Below, piece after piece: positions 40,341-51,481 of a stretch of DNA of 64,000 bases (within the stretch, counting starts at the first letter, position 1; each line of letters starts with the position of its first letter). The notes below the pieces were generated by a model. It searched no databases. It saw only the letters and a list, made by a program, of their open reading frames with translations, and had not been told where the DNA came from. Position numbers and translations under genes: made by a program. The stretch lies in the NCBI GenBank assembly GCA_963775465.1, contig CAVZIW010000001.1:288001-352000 (forward strand), given 5' to 3'. The stretch comes from Candidatus Bathyarchaeota archaeon (GTDB taxonomy: Archaea > Thermoproteota > Bathyarchaeia > Bathyarchaeales > Bathycorpusculaceae).

Positions 40341-41534
40341 CTAAGATAGCGATTGTTTTTCCATTCTACACTTAATCTCCTGCAACCAGTCTCCAAACAA
40401 TTTGTCCCAATCATAATCTTGAACATAGCTTAACCCTTTTTTATGAAAGTCTTCCCAAATTCTTCTATTTGTTATCAACGTTTCAGTTTTTTGAACAAAT
40501 TCGTCAACATCCCATTCTATCGCAAATCCACTATCACTATCTCGCAAAATTTTTCCAATATTACCAATATCTGTGGCGACTATAGGTAGACCTGCAGCCA
40601 TGTAATCAAATAACTTTAAAGGTGAAGCAAATGCTGCTGCCTTACCTGGTTTGAAGGTTGCTAATCCAACACTGGATTTACACAAAAATTTTGCCATTTC
40701 GTTATAAGGAAGTTTACCTGTAAAAGAAATTGAATTCTCTAAAGACAGACTTCTAACAAGGTCTTCCAACTCAATCTGCATCGTTCCCGAACCTACTATT
40801 TTCATTGTTATCCCAGGAATTTTCTTTCTTAACAATGCAAAACCTTTAATCGCTACATCAAGACCACACCATTCAACAATAGAACCTGCATAAATAAGAG
40901 ATAAATCTCGACACAGTTCTTGAGATTTCTTGAAGTATTTTAGGTCTGCTCCATTTGGAATAACAATACAATTCGAATTTCGCAAAAGAGCTCTTTTTTG
41001 AAGGGACCAACTTACTGAAACTACAAGATTCGCCTGTTTTAGAGCAGCATCTTCCAACATGGAGATAAATTTGCTTCGAGTCTGTCCAGCCTGTAGGTCT
41101 TCGAAGAAATCTAGGTTTTCGTAGACAAAAAAAGTTTTTGATTTTTTATTGGCTGCCCGAGCAATAAAAGCGCTAATTGGGTCTGTTGCAACCACAACGT
41201 TGTAATCGAGAGATTTGCTGATAAATTTGAATAATAAAAAATCTAAAAGTGAAAATACTACGTGCATCAATGCACTTGAATTGCCATTGTTAGAACCAAC
41301 TGTCGGCATGGAAGGAAAATGTATTATTTTGTTAGATGAAATTGACGCTCTTGATGGGAATAAGAAAATGTTCTTCAAAAATCTGATAATGCTCTGATTT
41401 TCATGACGGAAACTGAGGTCAAATATTTTGGTATCTATATTTTTTTTATCTAGAAAACGAATCAAGTATTGAACTCTGTGTGTCATGTGACCTAAATCAA
41501 TTGATAAAAGTAATATCTTTAGATCCATATGCAA
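40341..41534 (-). CDS. GT4 glycosyltransferase
   Basis: IPNGAD, YAGSI, SPLKLFDYMAAGLPIVAT. Confidence 0.92.
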   Translation of the reverse strand: MHMDLKILLLSIDLGHMTHRVQYLIRFLDKKNIDTKIFDLSFRHENQSIIRFLKNIFLFPSRASISSNKIIHFPSMPTVGSNNGNSSALMHVVFSLLDFLLFKFISKSLDYNVVVATDPISAFIARAANKKSKTFFVYENLDFFEDLQAGQTRSKFISMLEDAALKQANLVVSVSWSLQKRALLRNSNCIVIPNGADLKYFKKSQELCRDLSLIYAGSIVEWCGLDVAIKGFALLRKKIPGITMKIVGSGTMQIELEDLVRSLSLENSISFTGKLPYNEMAKFLCKSSVGLATFKPGKAAAFASPLKLFDYMAAGLPIVATDIGNIGKILRDSDSGFAIEWDVDEFVQKTETLITNRRIWEDFHKKGLSYVQDYDWDKLFGDWLQEIKCRMEKQSLS

Positions 41535-41618
41535 GGTTCTCCAGGCAGTAATTATTTTTAGTCAAAGAGTATTCGATTTTTTTCAGAATAAGAAAACAAG
41601 TACATTCTAATTTTTATT

Positions 41619-42720
41619 TTAATTTCTTGCTAAATGTGCATTTAGGAGGCCAATGAATTGTTTCGAGAAATTATTCTCGCTGAACTTTTCAGCAAATAGT
41701 GAGAGCTCTGTTCGCCTGTAATGGAGACCAAGAATCAATTGCTTTTTCCAACTTTAACACAGCATCTTCTATATTTCTAAACCGAAATTTTTCTGGGACG
41801 AATTCTCTTGGCCCCCCCGAATCATGCACAATGGGAATACAACCTAATGACATAGCCTCTATTATTGCGATGCCAAAATGCTCTTTTTCCTTTGTATGCA
41901 GAAAAACTTTGGAATTTAATAGTATTTCTTTTGTTTGTTCTCTGGTCAGGTTGGTTAATACTTTTACTCTATCAGATACCTTAAGATCTCTAATTAAATT
42001 AATGAGAGAAATCAGAACTTTTCTTGAGCTGAGAAGCCCTGCGATTGTAAATGAAATATTTTTACTTGCTAGTTTGGCAATGTAGGGAATTATTTGCAGA
42101 TTTTTTTCGGCAGATATGCGAGCGATGATTGCCACGTTATTACATCGGGGCTTGTGCAAGTTTGCCATGGCGGTTGTTAATGTTTGATTTGGAAATGACG
42201 GATATAATACTGGCACATCTACACCGAATTCGGCTCTAGCAGCTTGAGCCGTAAACTTGCTATTTGCTAAGATTAACTTCTCAGCATTTTTGATCTTATT
42301 AGAAATTAAAGAGTGTTGATAAGGTGAAAAGAAAAGTTTATTTCGCCAGTAAGACAGCCCTTGCTTTACACTTGTTAACAATGGAAAATGAATATAAGCA
42401 ATGTCGGCTCCAGGAAGAATTGCATTTGAGTAGGTGTCGATTAAAACCTCGCACTTTGCTTTTAAAACCATTGATCTCAGCGCATCAACATATAAATTAT
42501 GAGGATCAGTCTGAGAAAAAAACCTTAACGGGAAAATTAACTGTTGATCCACAGAGACTTTTCTATCAAAAATATGAGCAACCTTTTCCTGATTGATTGG
42601 ACTGTCAGACAAAAGGATTACTTCGTGTCCTTGCTGTTTTAAAGCACTAATAATGTTTAGCGCTACCCATTCTGCTCCACCACACAAATTTATTGAGGGA
42701 GAAAAAACACCAACTATCAT
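41619..42720 (-). CDS. GT4 glycosyltransferase (ALG11-like mannosyltransferase motifs); +1 frameshift at ~41697
   Basis: GGAEWV, YIHFP, ANSKFT, EHFGIAIIEAMSLG..P..HDSGGP; the shifted frame gives FAEKFSENNF...* ending at 41619. Confidence 0.88.
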
Positions 42721-42969
42721 GTTTTCGCCAAAGCTATATTGTTATTCTATTAAGTATTGGGAAGTTATACGACCGTTCTTTGAATAGCGGATACTTTAAG
42801 AGAAAAATAAATACATATTGAAGAGTTTATGCTTCAATTCATAAATCATTTTTGCAATTAAGAATAATATTTTGTTGAACCGTTTGTGCAATAAAGGTTT
42901 GAAATTTTTTTGCATTCAATACATTAAAATCTTATCAAATAGTTGGTCAAGTACGTTATGTTATTTTTT

Positions 42970-44157
42970 TTAAGGATAACTTGATGCATGAATGGCTGAA
43001 ATCTGCGCGTTCATTTCGCTTGGAACACCGAGTCCTGCCCAAAGATTAAAGCTGATTCCATAATGTGCGCTTTGATTTATTATAGCTACAAGCCAACGCT
43101 GTTGAAGACTCGGAGTATATCCTGAATCTACCCATGCGAAGGATTCACCTGCATAACATCTTGTAGCACCCAGCGCATTAACACATGGAGCAATCCAAGC
43201 ATCCGCATACCACTGAGCCGTTCCTTCAGGAGTTTGTGGATAACCTGAATGATAATCCCATGATGGATTTTCAAAATAGTATGGATGAAGAATATCAAAG
43301 ACAACATTTGGTTCGTTTTGTATTCCTGTTTTAAGAAGGTCCGGCAACCATTGAGACGCAAAATCATAATCTAATTGCCCTGTTGGAAACATAACAACTC
43401 TATCAGGATCAATAGCGTGGATAGCCCTTGTTAATTTTGCCCAATGACTAACAATCCAAGCTGATGAATGACCGTTATGAATTCCGGGATACATTTCATT
43501 AAAAATCTCAAAAGCAGCAATCCTGCTATCACCTTTGTAATAAGAAGTCATGTCAAGCCATTTATTCCACCAAGCAGTGCTATCCCAATACGTGTCTCCA
43601 TAATCAAAGTTCGCAATGATAACTTTGCCATCAACGCTGCTAAAGAGTTCAAGCACACGATCAAAAGCAGCATAGCCCATTATGCTATGGTCAATAACCA
43701 TGTGAGGATTAAATGTGAAACCTAACCTTGTTACAGAATATCCATTAAAGTAAGTCGACCATGCATACCAGGGTTTTGTAACACCACCATTGGTATAGGT
43801 ATTTGTCCAATCGTTTGCACTGTTTGCATTAGGATTTGTAACCCCATAAATTAAAAGATAGTCAGCGCCGAGCCCAGTGAAGGCAAACATTGATTCTGGG
43901 TTTGGAGTTGGCGTATTTATAGGAATCTGAACTTCATCAGTCCACGGATCAGAAGAAGATCCATCAGATGGAGAATTTGGATATAGAATCAATCCGCCAG
44001 ACGAAAAAGAAGTGGATAACTGAACTTGAGCATCTGCAGTGACATTAATTGATCCGATAATTTGTTCTTCAATGTTAATAGAGAGAACAACAAATGTTAT
44101 TAAAAGAATCAACCATTTTTTATTGACCACTATGTTGACCATTAGCCACCACTGCAA
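42970..44157 (-). CDS. Secreted GH5-like (clan GH-A) glycoside hydrolase
   Basis: Signal peptide; AFEIFNE (acid/base), AIHAIDPD, HPY, AGES (nucleophile). Confidence 0.82.
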   Translation of the reverse strand: MQWWLMVNIVVNKKWLILLITFVVLSINIEEQIIGSINVTADAQVQLSTSFSSGGLILYPNSPSDGSSSDPWTDEVQIPINTPTPNPESMFAFTGLGADYLLIYGVTNPNANSANDWTNTYTNGGVTKPWYAWSTYFNGYSVTRLGFTFNPHMVIDHSIMGYAAFDRVLELFSSVDGKVIIANFDYGDTYWDSTAWWNKWLDMTSYYKGDSRIAAFEIFNEMYPGIHNGHSSAWIVSHWAKLTRAIHAIDPDRVVMFPTGQLDYDFASQWLPDLLKTGIQNEPNVVFDILHPYYFENPSWDYHSGYPQTPEGTAQWYADAWIAPCVNALGATRCYAGESFAWVDSGYTPSLQQRWLVAIINQSAHYGISFNLWAGLGVPSEMNAQISAIHASSYP

Positions 44158-44307
44158 ATATTAAATATTAAGTATCAATATACAAGTCATGCATATAAAT
44201 TTGCTCTATTTCACAGAATACTGAAATAAAGCCTCACAAACTTATTAAATCTCAATTGAAGGAGTATCTGATTTCAAACAATCTGCTTGAGACTTAAAAT
44301 TTCTTTA

Positions 44308-45456
44308 TCAGGCATTATTCGAAGCAAATTTTATTGCTTGCTCGAAGCCCATTAGCATGTTTTCGTATTTGAAGCTCTCTTGTATGATCTTGAAAGATTC
44401 TTGACCCATGGTTTGGCGTTTACGAGCATCGGCAAGCACCAATCTAATTGCATTAGACAAAGCATCAGGATCTTTGTCAGGCACTATGTAGCCATTCTTT
44501 CCATTTTGAATCAGGTCGTATGCTGATCCAACAGCTCTGGTAGCAACAACTGGTTTGCTTACCGACATAGATTCATTAACTGCAAACCCCCAAACTTCGT
44601 ATTCATCACCCAAGAAGATTGAGGGAACAACAGTTACATCAGCTATCAAGAAATAGGCAGCTTTCTCCGGATTAACTTTTGTGCCTGCAAAGTGTACTTT
44701 GTCACGACCAAAAACTCGATAAATTTTTTCTAATTCCTCAATACCATACTTATTTCCGGTACCATAGATGCCTCCAACAACTATGAGAATCGTTTTAGGA
44801 TTAGACTCTTGAAGGTTTGAAAACGCTTTAAGCAGATACTCGAAACCTTTAACTCTTACCAATCTGCCACAATACAAAATGACTTGCTTATTTTCTAAGG
44901 ACAATTCTTTTCTCAATGCATCAGCTCTATGTTTGACCACATTATTTTGCGGCAACACACTAACATTTGGTGCTATGAAAATTTTGTTTTCTATTGAAGG
45001 ATTAATTGAAACATAGAACTCCTTAGATCGTGACCCCGGGACAATGATGGCATCTGAACTTTTCAAAATTCTTGATAGAAACGGCCAAATTAAGTGCCTC
45101 CATTTTGTTCGAGGCCAAAACCAATTTTCATCATAAAAAATAAAGGGTTTCCGAAGCAATTTAGAGACGAAGAATGTAATGTATGTATTTAATTGACCTA
45201 CTGCTCCAGCTACAAAAAAATTGTATTTGCCCTTAATAAGGTGGATGAGAAGCGTTGGCGAAAAACTGTATTTGCTTGTTATTTTGACGCTAGAAAGAAT
45301 CTGGAATGAGACTATAGACTTGTTCTTGTTTATTGATGAGTCAAACCATTCGAAGAAAAAACGCGTGTTATATTTTGAAGATAGCTTGTCAAAAAGCGGA
45401 GTACGGTATTCAATATAGGCGTTGTGAACAAACGCTATCTTTAGATTTGAATTGAT
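44308..45456 (-). CDS. GT4 glycosyltransferase; true N-terminus lies ~99 codons upstream of the track's start
   Basis: LYCGRL..VKG, EVWGFAVNESM; open upstream frame INSNLKIAFVHNAYIEYRTPLFDKL has no ATG/GTG/TTG. Confidence 0.88.
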   Translation of the reverse strand: MNSNLKIAFVHNAYIEYRTPLFDKLSSKYNTRFFFEWFDSSINKNKSIVSFQILSSVKITSKYSFSPTLLIHLIKGKYNFFVAGAVGQLNTYITFFVSKLLRKPFIFYDENWFWPRTKWRHLIWPFLSRILKSSDAIIVPGSRSKEFYVSINPSIENKIFIAPNVSVLPQNNVVKHRADALRKELSLENKQVILYCGRLVRVKGFEYLLKAFSNLQESNPKTILIVVGGIYGTGNKYGIEELEKIYRVFGRDKVHFAGTKVNPEKAAYFLIADVTVVPSIFLGDEYEVWGFAVNESMSVSKPVVATRAVGSAYDLIQNGKNGYIVPDKDPDALSNAIRLVLADARKRQTMGQESFKIIQESFKYENMLMGFEQAIKFASNNA

Positions 45457-45623
45457 ATTTTTCCCTCAGAGGATTGATTAATTAATGGACCAAACCTAAA
45501 TTTTGGGCTCTATAGTAACCAGTTTTTTATAATTCAAGCTTCATGGGTCGATTCATCTTTTTAATTTCAATAAGTCCTAATCAAATTAAAAACTTTTTTT
45601 AGTCTCGGGATAACTTTCATGAT

Positions 45624-46808
45624 TTAGTTTTTTTTTAAACGTGCAATACTTTCATAGACGCTTTCAATTTTTTTTCCGATAACCTGCCAACTATAATTAT
45701 CCATCACAAATTTTTTTCCTTTTTCTCCTAGTTCATTAGATAAATTTGAGTCGTTAAGAAGGTTCTCAAGAGCGGACTTAAGTTGAGTTACATTTCCATA
45801 TTTAACAATTAATCCAAATCCTCCTTTGCGTACAAAATCCATTGCTGGGATATCGGAAACCACAATAGGTCTACTAGCCATCGCTGCTTCGAGCGGAACT
45901 AAAGGGAAACCTTCTTGGGCACTAACATAAACAACAACTGTGCATGCATTGTAAGCGGCTGCGACTTTTTGACGGTCCAATGACCCGGTAAATAGCACTT
46001 TAGATTTTAAGTCAAACTCTTCAATCATTTTGCGCAGAACGACTAAAAAACCATCATCTGGACCTGCCAAAACTAGCTTGACATCATTCCTATCTTTGGC
46101 AAGAAGAGCAAATGCTTTCAAGAGGATGTCCACACCTTTGTCCTTATTTATTCTACCTATGTATAGGACAATTTTTTCCTCCTCTATGCCGAATAATTCT
46201 TTGAAGGACTTAATTGGATGAGAATGGTGAAATTCTTCAAAAGAAACGCCATTGGGTATAACTGCAATTTTATCTTTTTTTACCCCTCCATGCATGTATT
46301 GACTTTGCTCAAAATCTGTTAAAGCTATCAGTTTACTTGCATCTCTAATCATTCTTTTCCCAACGTTAACTTCATAAGACTTTCTTAACAGCAACTGAGC
46401 CAAGGACTGGCGATTGTAAAATAGCTCGCCATGGCATGATAAAACATATGGAATATGCTTAGTGTTAAAACAATGAAATGAAAGATTCTGAAAAGTTCTA
46501 TACTCATGAAGATGAACTACATCAAATTTATACAGGTTCTCGTTTAAAGCTTTAATTATACTAGGACTTACAAAAAAATCTTGATAAAATCTTGCTATGT
46601 TACGAAAATAGAAAACTTCAATTCCGTCTATCCAACGATGTGTTTCCTTAATACGTATGTTTGAGCTTATATCTAATACGTCCGTCGCATATACTGTAAC
46701 TTTATGCCCTCTGTTTACTAGGTACTTTGATAAATTGTAAGTGCATTGAACTGGCCCCCCAAAGCTTACAGCCGGATAGAAGTATTTAGTAATTTGAAGG
46801 ATATTCAT
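45624..46808 (-). CDS. GT4 glycosyltransferase
   Basis: MNILQI...YPAVSFGGP, IPNGV, YIGRINKDKG, EGFPLVPLEA. Confidence 0.94.
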   Translation of the reverse strand: MNILQITKYFYPAVSFGGPVQCTYNLSKYLVNRGHKVTVYATDVLDISSNIRIKETHRWIDGIEVFYFRNIARFYQDFFVSPSIIKALNENLYKFDVVHLHEYRTFQNLSFHCFNTKHIPYVLSCHGELFYNRQSLAQLLLRKSYEVNVGKRMIRDASKLIALTDFEQSQYMHGGVKKDKIAVIPNGVSFEEFHHSHPIKSFKELFGIEEEKIVLYIGRINKDKGVDILLKAFALLAKDRNDVKLVLAGPDDGFLVVLRKMIEEFDLKSKVLFTGSLDRQKVAAAYNACTVVVYVSAQEGFPLVPLEAAMASRPIVVSDIPAMDFVRKGGFGLIVKYGNVTQLKSALENLLNDSNLSNELGEKGKKFVMDNYSWQVIGKKIESVYESIARLKKN

Positions 46809-46897
46809 AGGATTACCTTGTTTCTAATTTACTTGCTGCATTTTCTTGTCCACGTTAAGACCAATGGAAAATATGTAATAACGAAATTATGGTAAGT

Positions 46898-47512
46898 TTA
46901 GCTAGGTTCATTCAACACTTTGAAGCCCATGTAAATAGAGGCAGAAGAAACCCCGTTTCTGGAATCCCATTCAAAGGAGTATTGTCCATTACTGCTTTGA
47001 ACCCATAGTTCAAAGATTATTGTAAACGTAGAGTTCGAATCTGAAATTTGAACCTCAAACAGGTTATTATTAATCATTATGCCATCAATAATAGTCGAGT
47101 TGTTTTGTCTTTCTGCTTTAACAATATTCCAAAAGAAAGGAATAAGCACAGTTTCATTCGCCGAAAGGGAGACAGGAAAGTCTTCAAGAGCGGTAACATT
47201 GCTTGGTTGGTGTGTTTGGTCGTCAGGCAATTTCATAGAGGAGTTAAGAAGTTTTGACTTAATACTCACATTTTGTGTGGTACCCATATGATTGTAGACG
47301 TAAATAAACCAAGTATTTAGCGCACCAACTTCTGCGATTGAGTTTTCATTTGAAAAATACGCGTCAGCCGTTTTGTTTTTACCGAGTAAACCTAACTCGA
47401 AAAACCATTCTTCTTGTTTAGGCCAAATACTGCCTATAATAGCCACAACAAGTATGAGTATACAGATTAAACCTGCAATGACCAGAACGGTCTTGTGTGA
47501 TTGAAGTTTCAA
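46898..47512 (-). CDS. DUF1616-like membrane-anchored protein
   Basis: TM then E.FFELGLLG....A..Y, VYNHMG, IIFELW; GGTGA upstream of TTG. Confidence 0.75.
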   Translation of the reverse strand: MKLQSHKTVLVIAGLICILILVVAIIGSIWPKQEEWFFELGLLGKNKTADAYFSNENSIAEVGALNTWFIYVYNHMGTTQNVSIKSKLLNSSMKLPDDQTHQPSNVTALEDFPVSLSANETVLIPFFWNIVKAERQNNSTIIDGIMINNNLFEVQISDSNSTFTIIFELWVQSSNGQYSFEWDSRNGVSSASIYMGFKVLNEPS

Positions 47513-47618
47513 TAAATCACCAAACTAAACAATTAATGAACAATATAACCCATAGAAAACGTAAAAATCATTTTTGTTCGAAGCGCGCAAAGCATTTTTT
47601 CTAACACAAAACGTTTGT

Positions 47619-48771
47619 TTATCGTCTTGTTGACTTGACAGTGTCAATCTGATCATGCTTTGTTTTAGTAAATGCTATCTCAAACAATGCCTTGAGAAGG
47701 CTAACTTCGAGATCCACAAACGTTGAAAGGAGATTTCTCGAAATCCCAAAGGTAAGCAAAGCAGCTACTCCAATTGGAACCCAAATAAACATCGAAAAAA
47801 AGGGATCAAAAAGAGTCAAGACAACTAGTAGAGATCAATCCCGCTAATATAGCAATGGGGGTTACTAATAGCATACCAAAGTTCGCGGGCATAGTAAGCA
47901 AACCAAATTTACCATATCTATTTCGAAAAGCCATTCCCTTAAATTGAAACAAGATCTTAATCCAGTTAGCTGCTCTAATTGTCTTCTGCTTAATTCTTTC
48001 ATCGCGAGTCTCAGGTGCATATTCATAGAATTTAGCATCAGAGTCAAATATCGTCTTGTAACCTTTTTGCCTAATGAATAAAGCTGTCGCCGTATCAAAC
48101 GTGGCACTGCAACCCTCAAAATCAGAAATTAGACTCTTTCTAGCTGCTGAGGCTTCGCCCTTGAAATAGAACGTGGAGTCCATGTTAGTTTCAGCTTTTC
48201 TAACAAAATCGAGAAATTTCATATACAAAACTTCAGAACTCCCGACCGCCTCATTATCGTTTAAGATTACATCTTTTCCTGTAACAGCACCAACTTTAGG
48301 GTCGCGAAAATGTTTGACAAGATTGCCTATAGTATCGGCGTCGTGAAATGAACCAGCATCGCTAAGGACTATTATTTCTCCGATGGAGGCCTTAACACCC
48401 GCAAGCATGGAAGGACTGTAACCCATGCGTTCTCCAAAACTAATCAAACGAATGTTGGGATTTTTCTCAATATAATCTCGAATAATGTCGGGGGTGGAAT
48501 CATTCGAGTCATCAACGAAGATTATTTCCAGTTTATCTTTAGGATATTTGGTTGCAAGTAAGTTTTCGATCTTCTTGTGCATTATCGACGATTCATTGTG
48601 AGTTGGAGTCACCACAGAAACCATTGGTTCAAACGTATCTGCATTGTAGCTGTCTCCGTTTAATCTTCGATTGTGCCTATAATAAAAAAGAATTAAGCCG
48701 TAAGTACCGAAAACAAAGAATGGAATAGCAAAGCAAGCTATCACAAGATACTGTAGTAGCTGAACAATCAT
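47619..48771 (-). CDS. Membrane GT2 glycosyltransferase (processive-type motifs); +1 frameshift at ~47833
   Basis: N-terminal TM, PTHNES, VDDSND, DAG, FKGE, FD, QKTIRA (degenerate QxxRW); C-terminal TMs continue in ORF 47619-47819. Confidence 0.85.
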
Positions 48772-48930
48772 TCTTACATCTCCATAGATATCAATAATAA
48801 ATGCATTTTTATGAGTGAATCAGATTTTTGGATGAAGAGATAGAAAAAGAACCAGCCTAACTAAAAATTGATGCATCCTGGTCTGGTTATCTCTTCTATC
48901 AGTTTAAGTGAAAGAGAGTTCAAACGAGCA

Positions 48931-49836
48931 CTAGTCTCTGAACTTTTCTCTAAGAAAATTGAATGTCTCGTAAGCATGTTGCTCCTTGGATACTCCTACA
49001 ACGACTCCTTTAATGTTTGAAAGGCTCTTAGAATATTGTGCAGCTTCAGGCAACTTCAGGTATCCAGATGCAAGTATACTCATTGCAATTACATTAGACT
49101 CGGGAACTCTGGTTAAAGCGGCTTCGCAAATTTCCTTTGAAGGGTTCATCTGAAAACCAGCGGCATTAAAGGCTGAGGTAATGACTATTTTTTTGAAGTC
49201 AATACCCCACTCTTGGAATTTATCAACTAAATAGGCAAAATTACGTGTTTCAAATCCAGGTTTTATCCCGAGGTCTGACACATATTTTATGTAGGATTTT
49301 GCAAGCCAATCCAAGTTGAGGGCTATAATCATTTCAGTAACTACTTCATGAAGCATAATAGACTCCAAAGAAAAAGACTTACCGATAGCAGACCTAATCC
49401 TTGATACCTCATAAAGTAAATAGGCTTTAAGGATGTCTTTGGGATCCATCGTTATAATGCATTTTAGACCAGCTCCAACAGCTCTTAAATTAGCTGAGAA
49501 AATTACTTGTTTAGCGACCTTTCTAGCTAATCCAACAGTGCCCAAATGAGTTGCTAGTCTAACGTATTCGTAGGCATAGGGTACGATAGCATATAGTAGA
49601 GGAGAATTATTATCCATATTCTTACGGAGGGTCCGCAATATTGAAAGAGTGGTCTCGCTCACTGAGAACATAAAACCATCTGCCCCATTCTCAAGCGAAA
49701 CCTGGACTAATTTAGCAGCAAAATCAGGCATGTTTATCTCGCTCCCCCGTGCTCGTGCCCTGTCCTCAGAGAGATGGCTAATCCCATGGAAGGGGTTGTC
49801 ACCAACTAGCAAAAGTTTCTTTCCTGATCCAGACAA
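48931..49836 (-). CDS. Hypothetical TIM-barrel / aldo-keto-reductase-like protein coupled to the Gfo/Idh/MocA gene
   Basis: LLVGDNPFHGISH, PGFETRN, NAAGFQMNPS, IAMSILASG, VVGVSK; starts 4 nt after the upstream stop. Confidence 0.65.
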   Translation of the reverse strand: MSGSGKKLLLVGDNPFHGISHLSEDRARARGSEINMPDFAAKLVQVSLENGADGFMFSVSETTLSILRTLRKNMDNNSPLLYAIVPYAYEYVRLATHLGTVGLARKVAKQVIFSANLRAVGAGLKCIITMDPKDILKAYLLYEVSRIRSAIGKSFSLESIMLHEVVTEMIIALNLDWLAKSYIKYVSDLGIKPGFETRNFAYLVDKFQEWGIDFKKIVITSAFNAAGFQMNPSKEICEAALTRVPESNVIAMSILASGYLKLPEAAQYSKSLSNIKGVVVGVSKEQHAYETFNFLREKFRD

Positions 49837-49840
49837 TTTC

Positions 49841-50815
49841 TTATGCCTCTTTCTTAACCTTATCTATTATATAATCAACCTTAGACGCAGTCCTAAAACT
49901 CGGCTCTGCTGAATCACCATTTAATATCGATTTTATGAAGTGCTCATCTTCGCGATAGTACTCTGGATCGCCTAGCAGAAAAGGAACGTTATCATTTAAA
50001 GCAGGTCGATACAAAATTAAGGGTTTCTTTCCAGAAGACTCCACAATGACGTTAGAATCGTTAACTGTCAAAGTTCCCTTGTCTCCATGAACAGTTAACG
50101 CAAAATTTGGCAAACGATAATTCTCCTTACACCATGAAACATCAAACTCTCCAGTTAAGTTTGACCCTCTTACCTTGAAGGTGACTTCATCCTCAGAATT
50201 ATTCATTGATGATTTTATAACTGCGTCCTCTACCTTAAAATCCCCGAAAAACCACAGGGCCAAGTCTATAATGTGAGACCCTAAATCACTTAGCACCCCG
50301 CCTCTGGAAAGACCTTGCGAAGCTTGGTTAATATTAGCAAAGTCCGATGAATATGCAGACCCTCTAAAAGAATCTAACTCACCCAAAATGTTCTCTTCCA
50401 AGAGACTTTTCGCTTTTGAAAAGGTTACGCTAAACCGCTTCATGTAGCCAACCATGTTAACACCGCGATTCTTTTCAGATAAGGCACATAATTGGTCCGC
50501 GTTGTTCCAACTTGATGCCAAAGTTTTCTCTACAAAAACGTTAGAAACTGAAATCTTTGAATATAAATCATTAACAATTGGGAAATGCGCAGGAATGGGA
50601 GCCGTGACGTAGGCACAATCTAAAGATAAATTTTGCAGCTTCTCCAAATCATCTACAACTACAGAACGTTTAAACAATTTCTTAGCAATTCTACGAAGCA
50701 CGAAACTTTTGTCGCATAAAGCCACAACCTCAACGTTAGGAATTATACCAAGAATACTTGAATGAAGCAGACCCATCTTACCTAAGCCCACTATAGCTAC
50801 CTTAAGCTTGCTCAT
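49841..50815 (-). CDS. Gfo/Idh/MocA family oxidoreductase
   Basis: IVGLGKMG, FVEKTL, VGYMKRF, GGVLSDLGSHIIDL. Confidence 0.93.
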   Translation of the reverse strand: MSKLKVAIVGLGKMGLLHSSILGIIPNVEVVALCDKSFVLRRIAKKLFKRSVVVDDLEKLQNLSLDCAYVTAPIPAHFPIVNDLYSKISVSNVFVEKTLASSWNNADQLCALSEKNRGVNMVGYMKRFSVTFSKAKSLLEENILGELDSFRGSAYSSDFANINQASQGLSRGGVLSDLGSHIIDLALWFFGDFKVEDAVIKSSMNNSEDEVTFKVRGSNLTGEFDVSWCKENYRLPNFALTVHGDKGTLTVNDSNVIVESSGKKPLILYRPALNDNVPFLLGDPEYYREDEHFIKSILNGDSAEPSFRTASKVDYIIDKVKKEA

Positions 50816-51481
50816 ATTTTATAATCTCCAATATGCCTTACTTAACATTTAGTATTTCTATACACATGCGGAGTAAAAATGTCAATATATTATACAAATT
50901 TTTCTCATGAAAAATTGCTGGTCTGAAAGATCGATGTAAAGATACAAGCAGTTTATTATCAATCATGTTTTGCATTCCGAATCAAAATGAAAGATTAACC
51001 AAATTTTCAATAGCTAATCCCTCTTTGACAAGAGCGGATAGGAAATTCTAGTGTAAACATATGAAATAACGACTCTTATAACGAGCAGTTCTATTTAACA
51101 ATTATTAACCATAGTTTAACATGCAGAATCAAATTTCTGCATCCATAACAAAATAGAAATCTGTTTATGGCTTTTCTATCTCGTTAGAAATATCTAAAAA
51201 CACCATTTAGAAAACTATTAGGTTATCGATGAGGTCTAACGAGTTAAAAAAGTTCGACAATATTTGCTTAAAAAATCCCGGCTTTGAGATAATATTTGTA
51301 AATATTACAGTAAATAAACAAATCAATATTAGGTGAACCTTATCTATTTTTTCACAATTTATAGCTGAGCAAAATCAACAAGCACATATTTTGATTAACT
51401 TATTCTTTAGAGACATTTAACATTCTTAAATAGAAAAAAAGGATTATTTTTTCAAATAATCATGTTCGATTATAGTGTATG

